Positions 1 through 12,760 of a DNA stretch of 64,000 bases are shown here, piece after piece. Made by a program: the position numbers and the translations under genes. The DNA is from Eledone cirrhosa (Eukaryota). Position 1 is the first letter of the stretch; every line of letters starts with the position of its first letter. Location: NCBI GenBank assembly GCA_964016885.1, contig OZ024747.1, positions 19,282,001 to 19,346,000 of the forward strand, in the 5' to 3' direction. The notes below the pieces were generated by a model that worked only from the letters and a program-made list of their open reading frames with translations, had not been told where the DNA came from and ran no database searches.

Positions 1-319
1 AAAGAATCAATCACGTGACACTGAGGCTAGTCGGAAGGAGTGGGATGGTAAGATGACAGAAGCCTACTAACACACCAAAGAATTAGTAGTGGTTTTGGCA
101 GGTTTGCTCGACAAATAAGTGATTTGGAGATAAATATAGAGAATTTAGTATATCTACTAACATACGCGTACAGATGTACGCTAATGCCAGCAAATACACA
201 GGTTATGTCATAGTACCTAGGTGGTTCAATGCAGGAGGATGCAGAACAATAATATAAAAGACGTAAAATATATATCTAAAGTCTAAAGTCTGTCTTAAGC
301 CAGAAGGCTCATTTGGTGT

Positions 320-826
320 GAAACGACTGAGAATACAAGACTCTCCTCTGGACAGGACACCAGTCCATTGAAGGGTTAAACCTCCAGCTGTCATCAACGA
401 CATACACGGCATAATTGAACATTACACATTAATTCAGAGCTTTTCACACTTTCTCATTCACACCTCCTACTGATCATACAGTTTGTTCGTTTCACCGGGG
501 ACGTTAAGAACTTCCAATGGTTTTCGGGGCTTCTTTCAAACATCTTTCTGATGGTAACTAAGTACTTTATTCATCGCATGGGAACTTATATAACTTCATC
601 CAGGCAAAGAAGGTTTTGTATTTGCTGCATAATTTCATTAAAACTATTTAAAAACTTCCCCAAGCCCGAAGGTTTATCAACACGGCGCTTATCTCCGGTT
701 TTATATTTCATCAGCATTAAGTGACAGAGTGTCAAGACTCCCACGTGGAATTGCACCACATGGAATCCAACACACAACATTATGGTCGTAAGTTCAACAC
801 CCTAATCGCTAGACCACGCGTCTTCA
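320..826 (-). mobile_element. Decayed tRNA-head SINE (family 2, CORE-type), interrupted
   Basis: Reverse complement of 740-826 begins TGAAGACGCGTGGTCTAGCGATTAGGGTGTTG, matching the family-2 head at 45813. 345-390 resembles a SINE body segment (CTGGACAGGACACCAGTCCATTGAAGGGTT). Confidence 0.4.
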
Positions 827-1194
827 TATAATGTTTAGGGAACAAAGCATAAATCTACTCTGGTGATATTCTATCTTCCTCACTCTCTCACATTAATACT
901 AGCTCACCATCCGCTAGTTTACTAATATTTAAAATGTTCGTATTGCTTGCGATACAAGACATCGTTTGTTTTTCTATCAGAATTTTGGTTAAAAATATTC
1001 GTGTTAATAAAATGTATTTGCCTGTAGAAATTTGCAATTGTTTCTGTATATTTTCTTAATGTACATATTTCTGTCAGTTTTTTACCTGTCTTTCATTTCG
1101 CTATATATATCCTGTCGAAATGTTGGAGGCGAATATTACATTATTCTCCATGTTTTGAATGACTGGCGGTAAAACAACGAGATTAGCAGAAACA

Positions 1195-1226
1195 GAAGCA
1201 AGAACAGCAAGAACAGCAAGAACGGC

Positions 1227-1273
<47 letters not shown>

Positions 1274-1518
1274 AACACCAACAACACATATTTAATATAA
1301 TAATCCTACTTCCTTATGAACAAATTCCACACAAAAATCCGCTCAGTTCAGCAGAGTTTCCGATGAATCTTTTTGAAAACTTACGAGTGAACAAGCAAAG
1401 CGCACGTCTAAACGATAAATCAGAAGTAACAATCAAGACGTTGGCGTCGAAGTCGGCGACGGTGATGCTGTTGCTATACTGCTGCCGCCGCTACTGCTGC
1501 TGCTACTGTTACCACTGC

Positions 1519-1550
<32 letters not shown>

Positions 1551-1555
1551 ATGCT
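1195..1555. repeat. (ACA)n and (CTG)n/(GAT)n trinucleotide microsatellites
   Basis: Directly visible runs; these explain the poly-T and poly-C ORF translations. Confidence 0.9.
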
Positions 1556-1629
1556 AAAATCGACAAAATAACAGCAGCAGTTATAGGAACTCTAATGAAA
1601 ATAATTCATACAAAACTCAGATCCCCCAC

Positions 1630-1661
<32 letters not shown>

Positions 1662-2081
1662 TTAAAATCCCAGGAAAATTTGAAGCAAGGCAACAAAAAA
1701 GTAAATACAAGGAAATCTAAGATGAGAATTGAAAGACGAAAAAAAAAAAAAAAAAAGAAAGCCAAGCAATATATGAAAAATATACATTTCTTTGCGCTAT
1801 ATCATTTCAGATTAAAATTATTCGATAGCATTTTGTCAAGGATTTCAAATCCCCCACACCAAACACACACAGATATTCAAGAGAAAACTGTATGAGAAGT
1901 ATCATATTGTAAGATACTATTTAATCTGACACTTACAAGCAAACCTACTTTACTATATATTTATTTACATTATATATATATATATATACACACACACACA
2001 TATGTATATACATATATACATATATACATATATATTCATCTCTCTCTCTCCCTCTCTCTCTCTCTCTATATATATATATAG

Positions 2082-2205
2082 CGAGGGAAAAGTGGCAAGG
2101 AACCAGGTGGACCATAACGCACCAAAGTACTCAATACTTAGGGTAGTAGAGTGGGTAAGTAAGACCCCGACGGCTGAGCTCAAGCCGTTTCGACGGCTAA
2201 TTCTG
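2082..2205 (-). mobile_element. Penelope-like pLTR fragment, family A (3' half of a hammerhead plus tail), no inverted arm
   Basis: Reverse complement of the right arm and tail seen at 3768-3899 and 46051-46182. It stops at the hairpin loop of those copies. Confidence 0.75.
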
Positions 2206-2403
2206 TACGTGTGTGTGTATATATATATATATACACACATATATGTATATACATATATACATATATACATATATACATATATATTCATCTCTCTCTCTCC
2301 CTCTCTCTCTCTCTCTATATATATATACATATATACATATTTATATATACGCATATATATATATACATACAAACACACACATATATATATATATATACAC
2401 CTG

Positions 2404-3035
2404 TACATACATACATGATGGCTGCCCCCTCGTTATCGAGTATGGCCATTGCACGATACACCATTATTAATAATTATTAATTAATTCTACCGTGCAATGC
2501 CTGTGCATGAAGATATTTTTTAAAGTGAGGAAAGACTGTGCACTGAGCCAATCCCACTCTCTGAGCGACAGTAGCTATAATCCTAAAAGAAGAAAATATC
2601 AATATCATCGGTAACTACTGAGCCGCAGGTTTTATATCGGAGTTATCCCAGTTTCCTGAGTTGCTTTCTCCTAGAAGAATGCCCTGACAAAGGCTAGGAG
2701 TCCTTCACTCCCAGTGGTTTAACCACGCGATCGGGTGTCCAGCCCGACTATTTCTATGTCCCCGCGCATATACACACACATTCACCCATGTATATACACA
2801 TATCCATACATATGTACATGTGTATATACATATTTTCACACTTTTGGATGGCCGTTGACTCTTATGAGTTCTTCCGCACTTTGTCAGGTTTTGTTTTTTG
2901 TCCTGCAGGGTGTCCAAAATCACCTTTCTCACCAAGTAAACTTGGTGGGGTTGCCGGTTTAGTCGCCGACGACCCAACCATGCAACAGGTTGTACTGGGT
3001 TACATGTTACCAGTAGCACTCAAGAGTGACTCGAC
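2404..3035 (-). mobile_element. Bipartite non-autonomous RTE-derived retroposon (5' UTR-like part, RTE 3' end and (ATGT)n tail)
   Basis: Colinear similarity with 16188-16812. Its 3' end GTGCAATGGCCATACTCGATAACGAG...GCAGCCATC(ATGT)n matches the 3' end following the RTE ORF at 16001-16045. A microsatellite interrupts it at ~2768-2840. Confidence 0.65.
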
Positions 3036-3074
3036 ATAATACATACATACGTACATACATACATACATAATATA

Positions 3075-3482
3075 CGAGAGCAATCCCAAAAGTAGGTCTC
3101 CTTCCGATATTGCAACTTCCTATATTGCAACTTTTCCCTTAAAATCCTGTGGATGGTGCTTCGGGAAACCTCAGGAACCAAAATGCAGAGAGCATCCAGA
3201 GTGATCCGCCGATCTTTACGCATGTTTTCCTCGGAAGGAGACCTTATTTTGGGGATTGCCCTCGTATATAATAATTGCGCGAAATTCGCATTTGGCGGTA
3301 GCGTTCGACGGGAGCTCCATTCTCAACGGCTGCCAAGCTAAGATTGAGCATCCCAGCGAAGCGCGTGCATGCTTGTTTGGGAGTGAAGAAAACACCAATC
3401 ACAAGAGTGTTGCCAACAGCCGTACGAACAGTTTCTCTGCGTCCCCATCGCTTTGAAGACCTTACTTTTGGGAATACCCTCG
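3075..3482 (-). mobile_element. Rearranged, internally deleted mariner transposon (three TIRs, transposase N-terminal and HTH fragments)
   Basis: TA-flanked TIRs CGAG(A/G)G(C/T)A(A/T)TCCC.AAA.TA.GGTCT at 3075, 3264 and 3482. Minus-strand peptides MELPSNATAKCEFRAII and RKDRRITLDALCILVPEVSRSTIHRILREKLQYRK are typical of mariner transposases. Confidence 0.85.
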
Positions 3483-3525
<43 letters not shown>

Positions 3526-3708
3526 TAAATCTACCAAAATGTACGGTAGTGTCCAATCCGTATGAAGAACTCAATCTATATGATATACATACCAATACAC
3601 ACATATATATCCTAGAAACTATCGTAAAATGATGAATTTTTTAATATAAGGAACTGTTTCTTTGTTTTTATTCATTATTTTTATTAATTTATATATATAT
3701 ATATATAG

Positions 3709-3899
3709 AGGAACAAGTAGGACCCCGACGGCTGAGCTCAAGCCGTTTCGACGGCTAATTCTAGTCCAGAATTAGCCGTCGAAACGGCTTGAGCTCAGCC
3801 GTCGGGGTCCTACTCGTTCCTATTACCCACTCTACTACCCTAAGTATAGAGTACTTTGGTGCGTTATGGTCCACCTGGTTCCTTACCACATTTCCTTCG
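3709..3899 (+). mobile_element. Family A fold-back cassette (Penelope-like pLTR with inverted 5' arm) in (TA)n
   Basis: 54-bp arms 3709-3762 and 3768-3821 with a 5-nt loop. The right arm carries the HHR 3' half GAAA-CGGCT-TGAGCTC-AGCCG-TC, followed by a ~80-bp tail. Flanked by (TA)n. Confidence 0.8.
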
Positions 3900-3902
3900 T
3901 TT

Positions 3903-3958
<56 letters not shown>

Positions 3959-4131
3959 TATATATATACACACACATACATACATATATATATATATACA
4001 TATATATCTATATACACACACATATATATATATACACAGATATATTCGTATATGTATATATATATTTATATATATATATGTTTCTATTTCGATTTATTTA
4101 TACCTATTTTATATATATATGAAAAAATAAT

Positions 4132-4310
4132 TGTTTCTTCTTTAGGCACAAGGCCAGCAATTAAGCAGTACATTACTGGTACTTTATTTTACCGACCCCG
4201 TAAGGCTGAAAGCCAAAGTTAACCTCGGCGTGATTTGAACTCAGACTGTAAAGGGACGTAACTATGCTAGAAAGCATGGCGTCCAACCCTCTACCGATAC
4301 TGCCAATTCA
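4132..4310 (-). mobile_element. tRNA-head SINE family 1 with TSD GAAAAAATAAT
   Basis: Family consensus on the sense strand: A-box-like TGGCAGTATCGG, B-box GAGTTCAAATCCC, body GCCTTTCATCCTTACGGGGTCGATAAAATAAAGTACCAG, 3' end GGCCTTGTGCC..AAGTAGAAACAATTATT. TSD at 4121-4131 and 4311-4321. Confidence 0.9.
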
Positions 4311-4402
4311 GAAAAAATAATGTTGTCTCTGATCAAGACGGAGTGAGTATGTATTTGAATGCATATAAAAATGGGAAAACTCATCACTAGAACAACCGTT
4401 AA

Positions 4403-4870
4403 AACAGCTAAATGCAGTCAAAAATAGCAATGGACAAAAATGCCTCAGAGGGCAGAGACTAGCGGCCAGTGGTCAACAGAGAGACAAGTCATAAGGTGGG
4501 CAACAGGCAGATGAAATATAGAAAAGATTGAAATCATCTGGCTGGCACTCACTTTGTGGATTGTCTGCCTGTTGACCACTGGCCGCTGGTCTCTGTCCTT
4601 TGAGGCATTATTACCCAGAGACGAGGCTCTAAAATTTTATGTTTCAGGGCGGTGGATTGGCAGTATCGGGAGAGGGTCAGACACCATGCTTTCCAGCATA
4701 GTTACGTCCCTTTACGATCTGAGTTCAAATCACGCCGAGGTTGACTTTGCCTTTCATCCTTACGGGGTCGATAAAATAAAGTACCAGTAATGCACTGGGT
4801 AATTGCTGGCCTTGTGCCTAAAGTAGAAACAATTATTACCCATGGCTGTCTTTGACAGCATTTAGCTGTT
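4403..4870. mobile_element. TTAA-flanked fold-back MITE (Kolobok/piggyBac-like target) interrupted by a SINE
   Basis: TTAA-AACAGCTAAATGC...GCATTTAGCTGTT-TTAA ends; inner inverted arms at ~4439-4500 and ~4550-4609. Confidence 0.6.
4646..4835 (+). mobile_element. SINE family 1, full length
   Basis: Runs from GGGCGGTGGATTGGCAGTATCGG to AAAGTAGAAACAATTATT; TSD ATTATTACCCA. Confidence 0.9.
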
Positions 4871-4912
4871 TTAACACACAAAAAAATAAAATCAACAATT
4901 TAAGAAGGACAA

Positions 4913-5311
4913 AATAATGATTTCTAGTATAGGCACAAGGCCAGCAATTTGGGGGAGGGGAAAGTCGATTAAATCGACCCCAGTACATTATCGGTGCTGA
5001 AAGGCAAAGTTAACCTCGGCGGGATTTGAACTCAGATCATAAAGGGCCGTAGCTTCATGCTGCAAAGCGTGGCGTCCGACCCTCTACCGATACTGCCAAT
5101 CCACCGCCCTTAAGAAGTACACAATAATTGTTTCTACTTTAGGCACAAGGCCAGCAATTACCCAGTCATTACTGGTACTTTATTTTATCGACCCCGTAAG
5201 GATGAAAGACAAAGTTAACCTTGGCGGGAATTGAACTCAGATCGTAAAGGGACGTAACTCTGCTGGAAAGCATAATTCAACCCCCCACCGATACTGCCAA
5301 TTCACCGCTCT
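4913..5311 (-). mobile_element. Two tandem SINE family 1 copies (long and short 3' variants)
   Basis: Copies at ~4913-5110 and ~5123-5311, with nested TSD-like AAG(G/T)ACA(A/C)AATAAT. Confidence 0.9.
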
Positions 5312-5488
5312 CAGTACACAATAATGAACAAGCAACAGCATTTTCTAGTCGAATCGAAGCATGTCTGAACAAAGTGTGCAATCATAACTATAACAACAAT
5401 GACAACAACAACAACAACAACAATAATATTAATATTCCAGAACGTAAAGGCACACCAAGAATGAACGTAAAACACTCTCCGGTGGTCT

Positions 5489-5526
<38 letters not shown>

Positions 5527-7074
5527 GAAATTTATTCAGGGCAATACAATACATCATTCGTTCATTAGCATATTTAACGAGTGTGTTATAGATGTACACC
5601 CACATGAATTGATTCATGCTAACCAAATCCTAAAATTTTGATTGGTATTTATTGTTGCCTTTGTGTAATTTTGAAGTGTTGACTTCAATTAATATTAAAA
5701 ATCTCTTTACTCGATTCCGTTAAAGCATTAGGCTTCGTCTAACACATGATAGCACGAAGGACAAGATTTTGACATTGGCTTGACACGTCTTATGTCTACT
5801 TTTTTTACTTTCACACACTATCTTTATCCCTATTATTGAATGATGGACAAATCTGTCAGTTCTGTTGGTTCTGTTGTCTTCACTCCAGTTTCATTTAAGC
5901 TTTTCATCTTCATCAAAAATTATTTAGAAGAATTAAGTAGCTAGGAACTAAGAGCCAACAATCTAGACAATACAAGAATCAACAGGTTGCAAGTATATTT
6001 CCCAGAAGACCAGGTTAAGACAAAGCGGGTCAGTAACTATTACATGTTTCTGGCTGCTACATAAACTGAAGCAATGTACAACAAACATGTTACTCACTTA
6101 CACAATAGAATGCTGCAGCGTATTTGATTTTATGACATTTGAATTGATAATCCTTTATCTTATGCATTCAGCAATGTAACCCCTATTGGCATTACCCTAC
6201 TACATTTTCTGCACACAGTTGAAACTTGTACATGTTCTCTTGTTGATAAGGAATCTTTACAGCATGCCACAAAGGTGATATATGACTTTATGAGCTCTAA
6301 TTTGAAACAAAAACATGGCAACTCAGGCGTATCCAGCGATCGTGTGTTACCAATAATAATAGAAAGCGTTACTTCTCAACTAATATAGCTTTAAACATAG
6401 TTTTTCTTAAATTTTAACTCTGTTATTTTATCTTCAGAAGACTGTTCACCAAATACTTAGTAGTTAATCATGATACCAGAAAGGGTGTTCAATATGTTTC
6501 AATACACGCTGTAACCGATTTCAGTTCGGTAATGTATCCCATTACTAAAAGACATTGAGCTTTGTTCTATTTATTACATTGCGTCTTAAATAAGTGATGT
6601 AGGTGTGCTTGAAGTCTTTGATGTCTAACAGAAATTCTAAGATTTCATGTTTGTAAAGGTCTCTATAGAGCGATCAAAAAGTATCTCGGCTTTGAAAAAA
6701 TATTTACGATACATCGATATTCTTTGATATGAAAATGTAGAGTATCCAAATTAAATAATGAAGATATTCAGTTAGACATTCTGCCATTTTTAATGATAAT
6801 AATATTAAAAATAATCCTTTGTAATACAGGCACAACGCAATACATTTTGGGGCCAGGGTGTTATGAAATAAACCTACGTCCAGTGATATATTGATACTGC
6901 ACGGAATTTAATCCATTGGTCAACTGATTCTGCCAATCTTACATTATTTCTTACATTATTTTGTAGCGAAGATTTAATCGATTATGTATGAATATATTGC
7001 AGTCACCAATCGCTGGTTTTAATAATAATCATTCCTTTTACTGACCGCAAGGGCCCAAAACATTGGAGACAATA

Positions 7075-7460
7075 CAAGACCTGGCATAAGATTGGTGGAG
7101 AAAGGTGGTGTTTGTTGATCGATGTAGCTTGCCTAGACGACCATTACATCAATAGTAAAGAAAATGAGAAAATCGTAAAGTATGTAGACCTGAGAATAGA
7201 AGCCGAGAGAATGTGGAATATGAAAGCAAGAGTGGTGGTACTAATTGTAATTGGAGAGCTTGGGTCGATGGCAGAAAACCTCCAGAAAAATCTTGATAGA
7301 ATTGGAATCAGTCCTAGTATTACGACATTGCAGAAAACAACACTTTTGGGAACAGCAAATATCCTGCGGAAATTACTGTCTATCTAAAGTTACATAACTT
7401 GATAGGGAGTCAATTAAATGATCCAGTGTTAATAAGGTCCTTACTGTGCAAATGAAGGAT
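7075..7460 (+). pseudogene. 3' fragment of an R4/Dong-type non-LTR retrotransposon (restriction-like endonuclease C-terminus)
   Basis: LLIDVACLDDHYINSKENEKIVKYVDLRIEAERMWNMKARVVVLIVIGELG...LQKTTLLGTANILRKLLSI*, then a short 3' UTR ending at AATAAT. Confidence 0.8.
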
Positions 7461-8081
7461 AATAATATTTCTACTTTTGGCACAAGGCCAGCAATTATCC
7501 CAGTGCATTACTGGTGCTTTATTATATTGACCCCGTAAAGATGAAAGCCAAAGTTAACCACGGCGGATTTGAATTCAGAACGTAAAGGGCCATAACTCTA
7601 TGCTGCAAATCATGGTGGCTGACGCTCTACCGATACTGCCAAAAATAATTGTTTCTACTTTTGGCACAAGGCCAGCAATTACTCAGTATATTACTGGTAC
7701 TTTATTTTATCGACCCCGTAAGGATGAAAGGTAAAGTTAACCTCGGCGGGATTTGAACTCAGATCGTAAAGGGACGTAACTACGCTGGAAAGCATGTCCG
7801 ACCTTTCTACCAATACTGCCAACTTACCGCCCTTATTCACCCAATTCACCGACCTTTCTACCGATACTGCCAAAAATAATGATTCCTAGTATAGGCACAA
7901 GGCCAGTAATTTGGGGGAGGGAAACATCGATTAAATCGACCCCAGTACGTTACTGGTACTTCATTTTATCGACCCTGTAAGGATGAAAGGCAAAGTTAAC
8001 CTCGGTGGATTTGAACTCAGATCATAAAGGGCCATAACGCTTTGCTGCAAAGCATGGTGTCTGACGCTCTATCGATACTGC
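7461..8081 (-). mobile_element. Array of three SINE family 1 copies (one with a duplicated head)
   Basis: Copies at ~7461-7641, 7644-7871 and 7874-8081, each separated by AAAAATAAT. Confidence 0.9.
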
Positions 8082-8644
8082 CAAAAATAATAATAATTGT
8101 TTATAATTTATGCTCAAGGCAGGAAATTTATTAGTGGGTGGTAGGGGTGGTGAGTGAGGTGGGGGTTGTTATATGTGAAATCGTTTGGCACAAATTGTAT
8201 GCATGTATAATTGTTGTTGCTGTTGACAACATTTTCACTGTTTCACTCGTGGTATTTCAACTGATATTTTAGAAGACAGGAAACATATTGTTTTCTTTTT
8301 TTGTGTGTTCAATATTATTTCACCGTGCATTTAAATTATAATTCTTTTTTAGTTATTTTTCTGTCTACGTACTGTATTGTTTTGTTCATGGCGAATTTTT
8401 GAAGGGAGGCTTCGCAAGGGTTTTTTATAGCCATTTCCATGTATAGACAGGACTGATTTAAGAAGAAATGAAATTTGTCTAAAAACAGACAAACCTTATT
8501 TATTTTTTAGTAAAAATGATGTTTTGGTCGGCATAACATTTTTTTTCGGCAATTGGTCCTGGTATTGAAACACCAAAACTCCACAACCATCAACATATTG
8601 TTTTATTGTCCTCCAGATTAAACATCAAACTATGTATATATGTA

Positions 8645-8800
8645 TGGATCCGTCACTCGTGATGGAGTTATTGGGCGCCACCATGCCATACAGCGTGTCA
8701 TGGGTACTTTAAACCTGCTGAAGTGCATCCCCAATCCAGGTTTGAAAACAGCCGATTTCATTAAGAAAATGAGAGAGTGAGAATGTAAAAGTGGAAGTGA
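8645..8800 (+). mobile_element. Dispersed repeat ending in a purine/(GA)n tract (probable LINE 3' end)
   Basis: The motif TGAA.A(C/T)AGC.GATTTC plus a GA-rich tail is shared with 32520-32650(-), 52760-52860(+) and 63170-63290(-). Confidence 0.45.
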
Positions 8801-8979
8801 GAAATATATAGAGAAAGAAATCGACTGCTTGTCCTTTATTATATTGACCTCGAAAGTACGAAAGGCAAAACTGACCTCGGTGGATTTCAACTCAAAGAGC
8901 ATAGAAAGCTGGAACGAATACCACAAAGTACTATATTCGATGTTCTAACATATACTCTTATAGAATAACAACATCATCA

Positions 8980-9320
8980 TACACTGGGATTTATATCAAG
9001 CAATACAGACAAGGAGATAAAGGATAGCATGCCAGATATTGCTAACAAGCACACACAGGGAAAAGAAATATCTTTTAACAGATGTATAATTTCCAGCAGA
9101 TGATAATGTATCACGAAAAGAAATGGAGAAATTATTCAAATATAAATATCTAGAAATAACCTGAAGAGTGGGATTGAAAGCAGAAACAATGGGTTTAATA
9201 ATAGGTACCTGGGGAATTACCTAAAACACAAGAATACGTAACTAAAATCCCGGGAATTGCAAATATGATTAACATGTAGTAAAAGTAGCAGTACCAGGTA
9301 ATGCATACATATTACTGTAC
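8980..9320 (+). pseudogene. Decayed R4/Dong-type RLE fragment
   Basis: Frameshifted pieces TDKEIK..MPDI, TDV.FPADDNVSRKEMEKLFKYKYLEI and IIGTWG. Confidence 0.6.
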
Positions 9321-9795
9321 ATTTTTTGCTAAGTCTACGTTACAATGACTATCTACAAGACAAAAAAAACAGCCAAAACCACAAAACTACATGTCTACCT
9401 GTCAGTTTATCTGTATATGCAATGCACTATAAATCAGTTATGTTGAAAGTCATACGGTCATGCAACATGTCAGTTAAATGTGAAGCGTTACTACTTTCAT
9501 TCAGTTTCTCTCAACAATTAATCACTGATGTTTTTACTTGTTTAGTTTTGCTCCGTGGTAAATGTCAATAATGCTAGAGGTGGTAGTATCTTGATAGATT
9601 AATGTGTCTCTTTAGAGATATCTTCACTGACATGAAGACATACTAGTGTTCTTGAAAAATGGCAAAATAACAGACCCAAAATTTGACAGATATCTTTCAC
9701 CAGAGGTCACGTACTTTAAATACCTATGAAAAGAAAAGAAATATATCAGCTACACGTTTTACAAAATTTCATACCAATACGAATACACCCCCTCC

Positions 9796-9868
<73 letters not shown>

Positions 9869-9901
9869 TATAATATATATATATATATATACACATTTAA
9901 T

Positions 9902-10099
9902 TAGGAAAAGAGTCAGGACTCCGATAGATCTAGCTGTGAGACAGCTGAGCTCCGGCCGTTTCGACAGCTAGATCTGAACTGCAGTTCGGAGCTCAGCCGT
10001 CGGGGTCCTGACTTTTTTCCTATTGCCCACTCTACTACCCTAAGTATTGAGTACTCTCGTGCGTTATGGTCCACCTGGTATCTTACCACACCTTCTTCG
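9902..10099 (+). mobile_element. Family A cassette, diverged subfamily with a rearranged fold-back
   Basis: Same tail (CCCACTCTACTACCCTAAGTATTGAGTAC...GGTCCACCTGG). Outer arms TAGGAAAA.AGTCAGGAC.CCGA; stem variant GACAGCTAGATCT. Confidence 0.7.
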
Positions 10100-10141
<42 letters not shown>

Positions 10142-10156
10142 GCCACAATGCAGATA

Positions 10157-10339
10157 CGAGGGTGGGGTGAACAGATCATAGCCTGACTATGAAGGAGTAA
10201 TGCTAGAGCGGGGAAATCTTGCATACATTAATTTCAATTCTTCTTGTTTCTTTCCTGTGAGTATGTTGAAAAATAAAGTTCATTTGCTTATTCCATGAGA
10301 ATATCTTGGTTAGCCTATGAACCTTTCTGCCAAACCTTG
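10157..10339. mobile_element. Diverged mariner-type MITE
   Basis: TA-CGAGGGTGGGGTGAACAGATCATAGCCTGAC matches the reverse-complement right end TA-CAAGGTTTGGCAGAAAGGTTCATAGGCTAAC. Confidence 0.55.
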
Positions 10340-10763
10340 TAGGTTTGGCAGAATCGATTGGAAGGGGTGTGTATGAACTTCACGATGGGTGTTAGCCGTA
10401 GAGGGTGCATTAACTAATAGCAGGAGCACCACAAACATTTTCCACTTACAAACCTTTTCGTGAGAGTATTTTTAATGAATTAACCATTAAATAATTTTGA
10501 TAGCAATTACTAAAATTATTAATTATTTCATTACTAAGATATTCACTTAACATATGATTCCTATAAATAAAAACAAATCATGTTGGATCTTAATTCTAAA
10601 AGGAACCTCTTAAAATGGGCGATTTTGGATGGGTTGGTATGAAAATGGTTAACAAGTACAAGTGGTTATTCAGGAAAAAATGAGCGTGCTTATCTTCACA
10701 GAAAACAAATATAAGCATAGGCTCTATCGAAGTTATTTCTTCGGAAAAATGATAAAGCAATAA

Positions 10764-10953
10764 TTGTTTCTACGTTAGGCACAAGGCCAGTAATTACCCA
10801 GTGTACTACTGGTACTTTATTTTATCGACCCCGCAAGGATGAAAGGCAAAGTTAACCTCGGCGGGATTTGAACTCAGAATGGCAAGGGCCGTAACTCTAT
10901 GCATCAAAGCATGGCGTCCAACCCTCTACCGATACTGCCAATTCACCGCCCTT
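10764..10953 (-). mobile_element. SINE family 1, full length, TSD TGATAAAGCAATAAT
   Basis: Consensus match and an exact flanking duplication. Confidence 0.92.
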
Positions 10954-10984
10954 GATAAAGCAATAATGGTGTGTAAACATGTAA

Positions 10985-11041
<57 letters not shown>

Positions 11042-11289
11042 AGATTGAGTAACAGAGAATGAGGGAGAGAATGTTGATATTGGATGAATAGAGGATTGAA
11101 ATGTAACTAACATAGAAATTACTTCGTTAATAATTATGTAACTAACACACAGAAGTTGTTTTGTAAATAATTATGTAACTGACACAGAAGCTGCTTTGTA
11201 AATAATGAAGCGAGTTTGACAAAAATAGTAATATTTTAAGTAGCAGGTGGCACAGGAATTGTTTGCATTCAGTGGGTTATGACAACGAG

Positions 11290-11528
11290 TGTTTGATCAA
11301 GCAGCTGATCATTTCGCAGACAGGAGCAACTTTAACGTAGTTTTCAAGAAGATCCAATGTGAGATTAGGCTGGCTCTTTTTGAATTGCAAGTACTATACA
11401 TTTTTGCCAGTTGAGCAGTCTGGAGCAACGTGAAATAAAGTGAGTTGTTCAAGAGCTCACCAGACTAACTGGGAATCGAACTCAAGAACGGGAACCGAAC
11501 ACTCTAAACAGTAAGCCTCACGCCTTCA
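11290..11528 (-). mobile_element. SINE family 2 (tRNA head plus CORE-like domain)
   Basis: Reverse complement reads GAAGGCGTGAGGCTTAC...GAGTTCGATTCCC...CTTGAACAACTCACTTTATTTCACGTTGCTCCAG. Confidence 0.65.
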
Positions 11529-12276
11529 TTGGAATTATTTACGGGAAATATATATTTAATATTGCTGGAAAATTTATATTTTTTGATAAAAACGCCTGCT
11601 TAAAAACAGAAAATATAAAATCCATAGGAGTTTCGTGAACACATCAGGTGACACGTTTAAGGAGAACCCTAATAATTTTGGCATACTATCGGAATCTCAT
11701 CTCTTGGCTTTCGTATTAACTATTCCGTAGTGCTAATTAATCGTTCGTTCGCTGGTCCTAGATATGATTAATTGCTTGTTCGGCACTTGGGGGAAATTTA
11801 TGTAAATTGTTTCTTAAATTTCAGACCAAAAGAAAAATTGATAGAAATTGGTGGCTAATCTGAAATTTGCAGAGCATTTTAATTGTAAATTAAGGAATCC
11901 GTTTGCTTTTTGGGAATGAATTAATATTCATTTGATAGAAGTATCATTAGTAAAGATAGAACTGTAAGGGAAAAAATAGGATGATACAAAAAAAAAAAAT
12001 GATTTAGGAAATGAAATACTATTTAGTTTATGATTACGTTAAATCAAGGCATTGAGACGTTGTTTTTCAAAGAGATCAAATCTAAACTTATGCACACAAA
12101 GAATCAACTATATTTTGAATGTTACGCCATCTAATGTATTAATTTCATTTGATATTTTGTGTTAAACATAATTTCGTAGTTTTTTTTTCTATAGTGTGAC
12201 GTGATGATAGCCATGAAATATATACTCTGTTTAATTAGGAATCTAGTTTTCCTAATTACGGTCTATAATGCACTAT

Positions 12277-12760
12277 GTATGTATGTTATCTCTTTCTCTT
12301 AATTTCGAGTATATTTTTTTTGACCGGCCACCTTCCTGGTGGCAAGGTTGTAAAAGAAAAGAAATTGTCATCCCTTAAATCGCAAGAATGTTTTGCAAAT
12401 TTTGAAGGTGCCAGCTATCGCAGCCATTTGTAGACTATGAATTAGGTTGCTGCGCTCTTTGTCCGCAAATCCAAGTTCAGTCATACTTTGGTCCAAGCGG
12501 GTTGGTATATAACCCGTAGCTCCAATAATGATGGGTATGAAGCTAAAGGTGTATCTTGGATACTGGATTTGTAAACTCCTCATCAATGGTCCGTTGATGT
12601 CCTCCTTCTCCTGTATTTTTCTGACAACGTTTACATCAAGTGGGCAGCTGATCTCCACAACAGAACAGGTTTTCAATGTGTGGTCACAAACAACAATATC
12701 AGGCCGGTTGTGCTTTAATTTGGTGGCAGTTTTTATTTTCAGGTTCCACCAGCAAGCGTC
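12277..12760 (-). pseudogene. 3' fragment of an RLE-type non-LTR retrotransposon (R4/NeSL-like endonuclease)
   Basis: WWNLKIKTATKLKHNRPDIVVCDHTLKTCSVVEISCPLDVNVVRKIQEKED...IPIIIGATG...KICKTFLRFKG*. The 3' UTR has a GCCACC/GGTGGC hairpin and ends in (ACAT)n. Confidence 0.85.
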
